18,167 bases of DNA from Candidatus Thorarchaeota archaeon (GCA_048884785.1 JBHLQM010000065.1:1-18167); one strand, 5' to 3'. Positions 1 to 8,547 are shown, counted from the first letter of the stretch. Notes: a model not told the origin generated them from the letters alone. Translations and numbers: made by a program.

Positions 1-53
1 CAAAGACCGAGTTTCGAAATGCATTGGATGACTCTATTGAAGAGTTGCAATAG
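1..53 (+). CDS. 3' end of an upstream gene (partial, ...KTEFRNALDDSIEELQ*)
   Basis: Frame 3 is open from the window edge to TAG at 51-53 and reads as a helical, protein-like peptide. Too short to identify. Confidence 0.4.
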   Translation, partial: KTEFRNALDDSIEELQ

Positions 54-206
54 ATTTGGAAAGACAATTCCAATGATACGCGCTCCTAGAAATAGACGAC
101 GCAGCCAAACATCGAGTCGGCTTGGTTGAAAAAGTGAAAACTCAGATTCAGCAAGACGGGTGGATATACATTCGGATTGGAATACATATACTATCTAAAT
201 AGAAAA

Positions 207-347
207 TGGTAGCGGGTGAAGGATTTGAACCTTCGATCTCGGGGTGTCCCCGTGCGGTGCTCTCCGGCATCGCCTTATGAGCCCCGCGGGATAGAGTGCC
301 ATCATTTCAGAATTACTCTAAAATGAACCTGGCTTCCCCAACCCGCT
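207..347 (-). tRNA. initiator tRNA-Met(CAT) with two introns (D-loop ~296-327; anticodon loop 37/38 at 246-275), CCA encoded
   Basis: Reverse complement folds as acceptor AGCGGGT/ACCCGCT+ACCA (A1-U72), D-stem GGGA/TCCC, anticodon stem CGGGG/CCCCG (consecutive G-C pairs, an initiator hallmark), loop CTCATAA, T-arm GAAGG-TTCAAAT-CCTTC. Removing inserts of 32 and 30 nt leaves a 79-nt cloverleaf. Confidence 0.95.
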
Positions 348-399
348 ATTTTTGCTAAACCAATCGAGTTGGTCGTGAAGGGGAAGGCACAGGTGCGAG

Positions 400-413
400 T
401 TTTAAGGCTTTTC
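400..413 (-). promoter_or_regulatory. probable BRE/TATA box of the tRNA gene
   Basis: Minus strand GAAAAGCC-TTAAAA about 55 nt upstream of the mature 5' end. Confidence 0.5.
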
Positions 414-467
414 ATGAGGCGGCTATCTGGACGTCTCCAGAGAACAACTCACCATGGAATCTACTCA

Positions 468-496
468 TTCAAATCCTTGACCCGCTACCATTTTCT
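468..496 (+). repeat. inverted copy of the tRNA-iMet 3' end (att-like)
   Basis: TTCAAATCCTTGACCCGCTACCATTTTCT matches the reverse complement of 201-229 at 28/29 positions. Confidence 0.9.
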
Positions 497-527
497 TCCA
501 GAAATCAATACTTGATTTTCTTACGTC

Positions 528-578
528 AAAAAAATGATGAGCATGTTGAACATCCTCGGGAGGTTGTCAACTTGCTCA
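528..578 (-). terminator. hairpin plus T-run downstream of the 587-1144 gene
   Basis: Stems TGAGCA/TGCTCA, GTTGA/TCAAC and CCT/AGG (538-578), followed on the minus strand by T7 (528-534). Confidence 0.55.
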
Positions 579-586
579 ATATGCCA

Positions 587-1144
587 CTACGTTTCTTTTG
601 TGATTTCCTTTCTCATCCACCAGATAAAAGCCAAGGCTATGGGAACACCAAAGATCAACAAATCCCAGAGGAATGCTGCTAGGAACGAATATACCCAGTC
701 ATTGAATGTCCATGATTCAAAAGCAAGATCCCACCTGCCATCTAGCCATACAACTATTAGCCACGTAATTCCGACCAAAAAGCCAATGGCATCACCTTCT
801 TCACGTCTTCCACGTTTGGGCCATCTTTCTCGTTCTTCTTCTGGGAGGTTCCTGTACCATTTTATCAAAATAACTAGTACTAGGACGAGTACCCAGCTTC
901 CCACAAGTAGAAGTTCCCAAAAGATTAGATGCAAAATAAACGTGATTACATAGCCAATCGACCATTCACCTAGAACGGCAGGTACGAGTGCTGTTGCTTG
1001 TGCCATAGCAACAAACCAAAGTAATACAAGAACTGCTCCAATTGCGCCTGCAAAACCGAGCATAGTAAATACCAATGCCATCTTCCAGTGTCTTCTCAGA
1101 AATCGTCTCTCGCGTTCATCAAGAAACTCTTCGCCACTATTCAT
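587..1144 (-). CDS. hypothetical multi-pass membrane protein
   Basis: 185-aa ORF, about 4 hydrophobic segments, Trp-rich, ATG start. Confidence 0.85.
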   Translation of the reverse strand: MNSGEEFLDERERRFLRRHWKMALVFTMLGFAGAIGAVLVLLWFVAMAQATALVPAVLGEWSIGYVITFILHLIFWELLLVGSWVLVLVLVILIKWYRNLPEEERERWPKRGRREEGDAIGFLVGITWLIVVWLDGRWDLAFESWTFNDWVYSFLAAFLWDLLIFGVPIALAFIWWMRKEITKET

Positions 1145-1320
1145 TGATTCAAACCCCAGGTGCTTGAACTAAGGCTGGATGTCTAATAAATAGTATCGAT
1201 TTTTCACATCAGAGTTTTTAGGGCTCATTTGATTCTATATTTTAAGTTGCAATCTTCATCTCCAATATTGGAGTTGTTGCGGACCGAAACCCTTCGCTCG
1301 CTACAACCTCTCATTCTTGT

Positions 1321-1641
1321 TCAAGCCTCTAGACGTTCTAATTTGAAGATTACCGGACGTAGTCCATCTCCACAGGCCACGTATGTCATGTCCTTCTCTG
1401 GCCAGTCCATATCATCAATAAGATCGAATTTTGTTAACCTCACGGTCAAATCTCTCCACGCCCAACCACAGAATCCCGCAGGGCGTGTAAAGCTATTCTC
1501 CACCAAGAATTCTTGCCCGACCTGAAAGAATGAACAAGGGGGAATTATCCTACCGGTTGATGCCTGCTTAATGTCGTGTCCAAGCACATCTTTAGGTGTA
1601 AAAACCCTCTCTACTGTAATCTTCAATCGTGGTAGTTTCAT
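1321..1641 (-). CDS. TIGR04076 family small Cys-motif protein
   Basis: KITVERV..C..FQVGQEF...P.GFCGWAW.D...VACGDGLRPVIFKLER signature. Start moved to ATG 1641, which has GAGG upstream. Confidence 0.88.
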   Translation of the reverse strand: MKLPRLKITVERVFTPKDVLGHDIKQASTGRIIPPCSFFQVGQEFLVENSFTRPAGFCGWAWRDLTVRLTKFDLIDDMDWPEKDMTYVACGDGLRPVIFKLERLEA

Positions 1642-1996
1642 CAGGCAATCCTCTTTTTCCAGAAGCCCAGAATATCCTAATATGACTGATTTTTGCAGCA
1701 ATACAAGCATCAGACATCAGTTTCTCAGTCACTTCGCATCAGCCATAATTTGATTCGCGAAGCAAGCAAATATGAGAGGGGCACCTTTACATTAGAGCCA
1801 CATTTTGCACCAGGTCTAATCCTTGGCTTCCGTATTTTTGCACCAGTGACTCCTCTTCTTACTCTGATATCTGCTGCTCGCTCTCTCGGATCATGAGTGA
1901 GTGGTACCAGTTCCTTCGAGTAGTTATAGACCTGTGACATTACACATACCATATGCAAAAATCGGATATTATATCATTGCTCAAAGCAGAATATTG

Positions 1997-2524
1997 TCAT
2001 GCCACCTCAGGGGGCGTTACTATTCTGTTCTCAACCACCATCTGATCCCAATCAATGGCCGATGGATACTCAAAATCCTGTATTCCCCTGTATTTGCCAA
2101 TCCATCTCCAACACGGAACACTGCCACACGACTCAAGTCTATACAGGTTGGCATTTGTAGCATTGAATCGGACCTCTAGAAGTGAACCAGCTGGAAGGTC
2201 CTGTGCCATTTTGTCCAGGTCAACTACATGAAGGCTCTCGCGGCCATCATCTTCCATTGGACCAATATGAGAGATATAATACCTGAGGTTCTGTCCGGTG
2301 AGAGGATCATCCACAATTACTGCAACATGTGGTCGTCCAATTGAATCCCATCTTAGCGGAAGTGCTGGACGCCGCATTAGAATGTAGTCACTTACAAGTT
2401 CCATGTTTGCTGACAGACCTGTCTGCACGGTTAATCTCTCCACGGGTGAAGTCGTAAATATTGCATATAAGAGAGTGTCAGATATTGGACCCATCTGAAA
2501 AGGCACTGAAATGCATTCTAGCAA
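1997..2524 (-). CDS. hypothetical protein (start uncertain; may be the internal MELVSD)
   Basis: Longest ORF in the gap, globular composition, no recognised motif. Confidence 0.65.
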   Translation of the reverse strand: MLECISVPFQMGPISDTLLYAIFTTSPVERLTVQTGLSANMELVSDYILMRRPALPLRWDSIGRPHVAVIVDDPLTGQNLRYYISHIGPMEDDGRESLHVVDLDKMAQDLPAGSLLEVRFNATNANLYRLESCGSVPCWRWIGKYRGIQDFEYPSAIDWDQMVVENRIVTPPEVA

Positions 2525-2646
2525 ACATTTTGTAGCATTCTACTAGGGATATGAGCTAAAGGGCAATTTGAAGCTTTCAAACACGAAGGAAGAAACTCTA
2601 CCTACTTAACAAACGGCCAAACATAATTATGTGATGAAGTATACAA

Positions 2647-2958
2647 TTATGCTTCAGGTGGCTCTGAAAAACCGACTACTAGTGGCCTACCTTCAAACAA
2701 TGATTGAGCCACTTTTCTTCTTGCACTTGCAAGCAATCTCCATATGGTTCCTCGGGATACACCCATCTTATTGCCGGCTTGCTCTTGGTAGAGCCCCTCA
2801 ATGTCTACTAGTCGAAGGACCTCAGCCTCTGCAAGGTCAATGTAGATTTCATTTTCTTGCGATAATGGTTTCGGAATTAACCTCTCTGCCTTAGGTTTCT
2901 TTCCAATATTTGGCTGAATGGGAAATCTACCTCGACCTCCACGTCTTCTTCTGTGCAT
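2647..2958 (-). CDS. DUF134 (UPF0251) HTH protein
   Basis: E.E.LRLVD.EGL.QE.AG.KMGVSRGTIWRLL.SARRKVA..L.EG signature. Confidence 0.92.
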   Translation of the reverse strand: MHRRRRGGRGRFPIQPNIGKKPKAERLIPKPLSQENEIYIDLAEAEVLRLVDIEGLYQEQAGNKMGVSRGTIWRLLASARRKVAQSLFEGRPLVVGFSEPPEA

Positions 2959-3159
2959 TGCCAACAAACCTAACCTACATTCTGTAACATCCCTAATTAC
3001 CTTTCCGAGCTTATGAAAAATGTTGAGTTTCGAAAATGATACTGCCGGTAATCCCTTAATTTTGGTCCGAAACTGCTGAAATACCTGCGGTTTCTATTCA
3101 GCGGTCATATTTATCTCACCGAAACGATATTGAAAACATGTTTCTTGGAGAGACTTCTC

Positions 3160-4377
3160 ATGGGGTTCAGTATTGGAATTGTTGGCAAACCTTCATGCGG
3201 AAAAACATCCTTCACGAATGCAGCATGTATGACTGATTTCAAGGTAGGTAGCTATCCTTTCACTACAATTCAGGCAAATGTGGGAGTTACCCATGTACGA
3301 ACTGGCTGTGCTTGTCGTGATTTCAATATTGTAGACAACCCAAAGAATTCAATTTGCATTAATGGTATACGTCTCATCCCAGTGAAGCTCATTGATGTTG
3401 CTGGTCTGGTTCCAGGAGCACATGAAGGCAGGGGAATGGGAAACCAATTCCTTGACGACCTCCGAGAAGCTGACGTTCTGATACACATCGTTGATGCAAG
3501 CGGGTCTCTCGATACTGAAGGACAAGAGGTGGCTGCAGGTACGCACGATCCAGTTGACGATGTGAAGTTCCTCGAATCTGAGCTCACGGAATGGATGTAT
3601 GGTATAGTCACCAAAGATTGGCGAAGAATTGCGACCAGAGTTCGTGCAGAAGGGGCGAAACTGGAAGACTTGTTGCTAACGAAGCTCTCAGGTCTTCAGA
3701 TTACGCGTTCACACTTGCTGAAGACAATTCGGGCATCAGAGCTAAATACTTCAGCAGCAGACAAGTGGAGTGATGATGAGATACGCCATTTTGTTTCCAT
3801 TCTGAGGCAAACAGCAAAACCCATCATCATTGCTGCAAATAAGATTGACCGACCCAATGCAGAAATCAATCTGAAGCGTCTTAGGGAAACATTTCCTGAC
3901 TATCTTGTGGTTCCGGTTAGTGCCCTTGCAGAAAAGGCATTGAAGGACCTTGAGAAGAAGGGAATAATCAACTATGTTCCAGGTGACGATGATTTCGAGA
4001 TTCTTCAGCCGGATAAATTGAAGGAGCAGGATATTGCTCAGCTTGAAAAAATCAAAATCGATCTTCTGAAGAAATATGGAGGATCAGGTGTTCAGAACAT
4101 ATTGAATGCGGCTGTTTTTGATTTTCTTAAGATGATAACAATCTATCCTGTCCATGATGCAAACTCACTGACCGACAGTGATGGAAATGTTCTTCCAGAT
4201 GCATATCTAGTACCTCAAGGAATCACAGCCAAGGAATTCGCGGGTGTTATTCATACAGACCTCATGGAGTCTTTTATACATGCAATTGATGGGAGGACAA
4301 AAATGAGAATCTCAGACAAGCATGAATTGAAGGATAGGGACGTAATCTCGATTGTAAGTGCCAAAGGCTCAAAATAA
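3160..4377 (+). CDS. ychF: OBG-family YchF-type ATPase/GTPase with C-terminal TGS domain
   Basis: GKPSCGKTS, YPFTT, DVAGLVPGAHEGRGMGNQFLDDLR, ANKID, IHTDL. Likely start at ATG 3160. Confidence 0.95.
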   Translation: MGFSIGIVGKPSCGKTSFTNAACMTDFKVGSYPFTTIQANVGVTHVRTGCACRDFNIVDNPKNSICINGIRLIPVKLIDVAGLVPGAHEGRGMGNQFLDDLREADVLIHIVDASGSLDTEGQEVAAGTHDPVDDVKFLESELTEWMYGIVTKDWRRIATRVRAEGAKLEDLLLTKLSGLQITRSHLLKTIRASELNTSAADKWSDDEIRHFVSILRQTAKPIIIAANKIDRPNAEINLKRLRETFPDYLVVPVSALAEKALKDLEKKGIINYVPGDDDFEILQPDKLKEQDIAQLEKIKIDLLKKYGGSGVQNILNAAVFDFLKMITIYPVHDANSLTDSDGNVLPDAYLVPQGITAKEFAGVIHTDLMESFIHAIDGRTKMRISDKHELKDRDVISIVSAKGSK

Positions 4378-4549
4378 CATCATCAGACCTATTATGTGGC
4401 AATCGGGTCAATTTAAGCGCCTCATAAGATTTTACATTCAGCAGACATGATTATGCCTAGTATGATACAGAATTCATACCGTTTTTGTCATAGATATTGT
4501 ATGTGAACTCTCTCAGATTAGGACTACACCCTATGTTGGAGTCAATTCA

Positions 4550-5041
4550 ATGAAGAGAGTTGAACATGAAATGGAAATCTTCGAATCACTGATATCTGCT
4601 AAAAAGCATGGAACACAGCTTGCGAAAGAGGGACATACCCCCTCGATTTACATACGGGATCATCGTGAGTTTATCTTGGTTGCCAATAGGGAACTGCCGC
4701 CTCCAGGGGCTATGCCCTTTCTGAAGTGGGTTGGAAAGGACTATCAGTTCGGCGACGAAGATTCAGAATGGATTCCGATTCTCACTCGGCTTGACAATTT
4801 CATTAGAGCTAAGGAGGCTTGTGCACTGTTCTACCTGCTAGGTCACAATCCCATCATCGTAGAATACAGGTCATTAGGAATCTTTGACCTTTTCCTAAGA
4901 GAGTCGGACATACCTCAGGATGCATGGGTGGTCACTGATGAAGACGAGGATTATGATATGCTTGAGCTACATCCGCCTCCAATCTACTACGAGGATGATG
5001 AGGATCTCCTTGAATTCGAGGTCCCTCTGAACAAGGAATAG
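4550..5041 (+). CDS. hypothetical protein with an internal tandem repeat and acidic tail
   Basis: 163-aa ORF with GGAG upstream. Two related ~45-aa units. Confidence 0.8.
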   Translation: MKRVEHEMEIFESLISAKKHGTQLAKEGHTPSIYIRDHREFILVANRELPPPGAMPFLKWVGKDYQFGDEDSEWIPILTRLDNFIRAKEACALFYLLGHNPIIVEYRSLGIFDLFLRESDIPQDAWVVTDEDEDYDMLELHPPPIYYEDDEDLLEFEVPLNKE

Positions 5042-5046
5042 CTATC

Positions 5047-5583
5047 TCATGGCAATTGCTCGCCCAATGACCAATACTCGGCGTTTAACGGCAGATAGAC
5101 AAAGAGATTGGCCTTTGACGCATCAAAGCGGCCTCTTTCATCCATTAAGGAGTCATCAATGTGCACTGCAAGGATCTCCGCGATGAACACATCATGAACT
5201 CCCACTTTAATGATCTCCGTCGTCTTACACTCTAGATTGATGGGGCACTCTTCAATCATAGGGGCATCAATTTTCGTTGCCGGTACAGGTGTGAGATTGC
5301 ACTCTGCGAATTTGTCGAATCGCGCTCCAGATTTCGAGCCGCAAAACTCGGCAGCATCAAGTTGGTCTGCTCTCGGAATATTTACAACAAACTCGCCGGC
5401 GCGCTTCACCAAGTCGTAGCTATGCCGAGTCGCTCTAATCCCCACTGCTACACTCGGTGGGTCGCTACAAATATTCGCAGCCCACGAGAGCGTGATAATA
5501 TTTGGTGTGGGCGCACCTTTGACGCTTAGCAGAATCACCGGACAAGGCACAAGCGCAGTTGAACCTCTTAGCTGTTTTTTCAT
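5047..5583 (-). CDS. flavin reductase family (flavoredoxin-like) protein
   Basis: P.PV.L.S...PNIITLSW...PP...., GEFVVNIP, CGSKSG..DKF, AP.IEECPINLEC, G.HD.FIAEI motifs. Confidence 0.93.
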   Translation of the reverse strand: MKKQLRGSTALVPCPVILLSVKGAPTPNIITLSWAANICSDPPSVAVGIRATRHSYDLVKRAGEFVVNIPRADQLDAAEFCGSKSGARFDKFAECNLTPVPATKIDAPMIEECPINLECKTTEIIKVGVHDVFIAEILAVHIDDSLMDERGRFDASKANLFVYLPLNAEYWSLGEQLP

Positions 5584-5682
5584 AATTCTCCCAAGAAAAG
5601 GGCAGGTTAAGAAAATGTCGGGAGCTAAGATTTAAGTTGCTGCTCTGTGGGCCGAAGCTCAACAACTTGAGAGGGTTGAACG

Positions 5683-6594
5683 ATGGCACGAGTTCTAATT
5701 GCGGATTCGATTGAAGAGTCAGCAATAAACAAGATCAAAAAAGCTGGAATCAGTGTGGTCCTAAGAAATGCAGCTTCCGATGGTCCACTTGAAGAACAGA
5801 TTAAGGGCTTTGATGGTGTAATAGTAAGAAGCGCTTCTAAAATAACACGAAGTGTGATAGAAGCAGCAGACAAGCTTAGAGTAATAGTACGTGCTGGTGT
5901 GGGTCTTGACAATGTAGATGCTGATGCAGCAAAAGAACGCGGTATTCAAGTAATGAATACTCCTGAAGCACCCACCGTGAGTGTCGCAGAAATGGTGTTT
6001 TCACTCATGTTCTCACTGGCCCGTAATATTTCTCAGGCTGATAGTCTCATGAAGGGCGAGAAATGGGAGAAAAAGAAGCTCGAAGGAACTGAGCTCTGGC
6101 AGAAGACACTTGGAATTGTAGGGTTTGGCCGTATTGGGCAGGAAGTCGCAAAGAGAGCCAAGGCATTTGATATGCATGTACTAGCATATGATGTTGTTGA
6201 CATTAAGAAAGCCTGCTCTGCCACTGGCGCGAAGAACACATCACTGGAAGACTTAATCTCTCATTCAGACTATATTTCAGTGCATGTTCCTCTTGTTCCA
6301 GAAACACGAGGAATGTTCTCCGAACCTCAGTTCAATAAGATGAAGGGAACCTCCTTTATCATTAATACCGCAAGAGGTGGAGTTCTGGATGAAAAGGCTC
6401 TCCTCAAGGCACTTAATGAAGGCAAAATTGCTGGTGCAGGTCTTGATGTCTTTGATAAAGAACCGCCAGTCGAGTGGGACTTGGTCAAGCATCCAAAAGT
6501 GGTTGCGACCCCACACCTGGCATCATCAACAAAAGAAGCTCAGGTCCGAGTTGGTGAGCTCACAGCTGACAAGCTTATCAAAGCTCTCAAATAA
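5683..6594 (+). CDS. serA: D-3-phosphoglycerate dehydrogenase / D-2-hydroxyacid dehydrogenase (no ACT domain)
   Basis: IVRS..K, RAGVGLDNVD, GIVGFGRIG, INTARGG, AGLDVF..EPP, TPHL. Confidence 0.88.
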   Translation: MARVLIADSIEESAINKIKKAGISVVLRNAASDGPLEEQIKGFDGVIVRSASKITRSVIEAADKLRVIVRAGVGLDNVDADAAKERGIQVMNTPEAPTVSVAEMVFSLMFSLARNISQADSLMKGEKWEKKKLEGTELWQKTLGIVGFGRIGQEVAKRAKAFDMHVLAYDVVDIKKACSATGAKNTSLEDLISHSDYISVHVPLVPETRGMFSEPQFNKMKGTSFIINTARGGVLDEKALLKALNEGKIAGAGLDVFDKEPPVEWDLVKHPKVVATPHLASSTKEAQVRVGELTADKLIKALK

Positions 6595-6629
6595 TGGTCA
6601 GTAGTGAGATTGGGTTCAATCGTTACACC

Positions 6630-6635
6630 TTTAAG
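6630..6635 (+). promoter_or_regulatory. probable TATA box of the rpl15e operon
   Basis: TTTAAG about 20-25 nt before the first leader hairpin. Confidence 0.45.
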
Positions 6636-6655
6636 GAAACAAACAGGCTCGATGA

Positions 6656-6741
6656 GTGGCTTGATGCAAACCAAGCCACACCATTTCCTTTGTTATGGCG
6701 GATCCGTCCGCAGGGATGTGGCCTTCCAAAGGCTGAACCAC
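6656..6741 (+). ncRNA. structured 5' leader of rpl15e (candidate eL15 ribosomal-protein leader)
   Basis: Hairpins GTGGCTTG/CAAGCCAC, GCGGA-TCCG-TCCGC and GGGATGTGGCCTT-CCA-AAGGCTGAACCAC in the non-coding gap before rpl15e. Confidence 0.6.
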
Positions 6742-6781
6742 AAACAAAGCGAATAAATCACAGCAAAGGATGGGATCAATA

Positions 6782-7363
6782 ATGTCTGCATATAAGCGGA
6801 TGAACGAAGAATGGGTGAAAGAGCAACATGAACGCTCTGACCTTGTAAGAAATAGGCTCTTAGTTTGGAGGAAACAAGGTGCTATTGAACGCCTTGAACG
6901 TCCTACAAGACTTGGGCGAGCGCGCTCCCTTGGATATAAGGCAAAACAAGGATATGTCATTGTTAGAATCAAGACTGGCCGTGGTCCACGAGAGAAACCA
7001 CGTCCAAGATCGGGAAGGAAACCACGTAGTCTTGGTGTTAGAAAATATACGCCTCAAAAATCTCGAAGATGGATTGCAGAGGAACGCGTTGCAAGAAAGT
7101 TCCCAAATCTAAGCGTACTGAACTCGTATTGGGTTGGCTCAGACCACCGTCATGTATGGTACGAGGTAATTCTTGTAGACCCTAGTCACCCTGTCATTTA
7201 CAATGACCCGAACATCAACTGGATATGCGACCCAACTCACAAGGGTCGCGCGAATCGCGGTCTGACTTCTGCTGGAAAGGGTAGTAGAGGTCTCAGGAAC
7301 AAGGGTCGTGGTGCCGAAAAGATGAGACCTAGCCTCGGCGCGAAGCGCAATCTTGGAAAGTAG
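6782..7363 (+). CDS. rpl15e: 50S ribosomal protein L15e
   Basis: [64 protein letters not shown]. Confidence 0.98.
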   Translation: MSAYKRMNEEWVKEQHERSDLVRNRLLVWRKQGAIERLERPTRLGRARSLGYKAKQGYVIVRIKTGRGPREKPRPRSGRKPRSLGVRKYTPQKSRRWIAEERVARKFPNLSVLNSYWVGSDHRHVWYEVILVDPSHPVIYNDPNINWICDPTHKGRANRGLTSAGKGSRGLRNKGRGAEKMRPSLGAKRNLGK

Positions 7364-7369
7364 AAGCCT

Positions 7370-7861
7370 ATGCCCGACTCTAAGGAGTCCTCACAGGCAT
7401 ATGTTGATCGTATCGTGGCTCGAGCCTATTCTCGGGCCACCGAGGTACCTGAAAGGGTCAAAGAATCGATCCTGCATCTCTTTCCAGAAGAGACTCGAGA
7501 ATTGCTTCTATTTACGGAAACCCAAACATTAGGTCATTCGAGAACTCCAATCATCATTCAGGAAGGGCTATTGAAAGACAGAAAAAACTGCAGAAAATCA
7601 GTGGAGTATCTTGTATCCAAGCTAACAGAAGGGGAACTGAATCATCTGCAAGACACCTTAGATAGGCGTATAGATGAAGAATGTACATTCTTTCTTAGGA
7701 TTGATAAGCAAGCAGCTTATCTAGGACGTATTGAGCTAGCACAAGTCACAGATGTGATTAGTCTTCAGTTTCATATCAGGAAGATGCCCAGTTGTTCACC
7801 TGAAGATGCCATGGAGTTAATCCATCAGATCTTTTCGCTCAAAGGAGTATCAGAGCGATGA
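7370..7861 (+). CDS. RNA-binding protein COG1325 (exosome/RNase P superoperon member)
   Basis: ATE..E.V...., GH...PI, L..RID....FFLRIDKQAAY.G motifs, and conserved position between rpl15e and rnp3. Confidence 0.88.
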   Translation: MPDSKESSQAYVDRIVARAYSRATEVPERVKESILHLFPEETRELLLFTETQTLGHSRTPIIIQEGLLKDRKNCRKSVEYLVSKLTEGELNHLQDTLDRRIDEECTFFLRIDKQAAYLGRIELAQVTDVISLQFHIRKMPSCSPEDAMELIHQIFSLKGVSER

Positions 7862-8547
7862 AATCAGCAGACCTGAATGTACGAGTTCAGAACCACCAAG
7901 ATATGCATGCATTTATCGAAATGGCCAAGGCACTAGGATACTCCGCAATTGTCACAACATTAGAAACTTCCGCGAGTTATAGCAAATCTTCTGATATTAT
8001 GGTTCATAGCCGGTTAAACCTTCAATCAAGAAAACTATCCTCTCTAAAGAATCAAATTGCGAACATTAGAGGGAAATACGATATAGTTGCCATTCCTCTA
8101 GCTGGAGTTGAAATTACGAATTGGGCTGCAGAGGATCCACGAGTTGATATGATTGTGGTGGATCCAACAGAAAAACACATCCTGAGAAGAACGACAGCCG
8201 GTCTTTCCGCTGATCATGGTACCATTCTTGAAATTCCCATTAGCCCTCTCCTAACATGTACTGGCATTGAACGGTCAAGAATCCTGCGTGTCCTCAGAGA
8301 TGCAGTTTCAATTGCAGTTCAAGCCAAGATGACAATTGCTTTGTCAAGTGGTGCAAACCTGCCGATACACATGAGATCTCCAGTATCATTGTATCATATT
8401 GGAATGATACTAGGTCTTGACAAAGAACAGGCCAAAGAAGCCGTATTGGTAACTCCTGCTTCAATTCTCATTCGAAATGCGAAGCGCAAGAGTAGCAGCT
8501 ATCTTGGACCGGGGATAGAAATAGTTCAGGAGGATAATGAAGTATGA
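7858..8547 (+). CDS. rnp3: ribonuclease P protein component 3 (Rpp30)
   Basis: PHP-like start (DLNV..A..LGY), A.E..RVD.I, LSSGA......RSP, and operon context. Confidence 0.9.
   Translation: MKSADLNVRVQNHQDMHAFIEMAKALGYSAIVTTLETSASYSKSSDIMVHSRLNLQSRKLSSLKNQIANIRGKYDIVAIPLAGVEITNWAAEDPRVDMIVVDPTEKHILRRTTAGLSADHGTILEIPISPLLTCTGIERSRILRVLRDAVSIAVQAKMTIALSSGANLPIHMRSPVSLYHIGMILGLDKEQAKEAVLVTPASILIRNAKRKSSSYLGPGIEIVQEDNEV

Noticed and set aside
77-202. Open frame LLEIDDAAKHRVGLVEKVKTQIQQDGWIYIRIGIHILSK* downstream of the tRNA
   Set aside because: Bounded by a stop at 74-76, short, with no convincing start or recognisable motif.
534-953. 139-aa plus-strand ORF, and other antisense ORFs such as 3270-3614, 6631-6972, 8891-9208 and 13032-13328
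   Set aside because: Shadows of well-supported genes on the opposite strand, with Ser/Arg-rich non-protein composition.
1271-1313. Hairpin with a GAA bulge read as an archaeal SECIS
   Set aside because: Lacks the opposing A and an AUGA/GA core. The upstream TIGR04076 gene is complete with no internal TGA.
1693-1958. Short ORFs and an 11-bp repeat (CTGGTGCAAAA twice on the minus strand)
   Set aside because: No frame gives a convincing protein, and two copies do not make an array.
4460-4479. GTATGA-N8-TCATAC resembling a NikR operator
   Set aside because: The spacer is about half the NikR length and the flanking genes are not nickel-related.
6594-6782. 62-aa ORF between serA and rpl15e
   Set aside because: Better explained as promoter plus structured RNA leader; no protein features.
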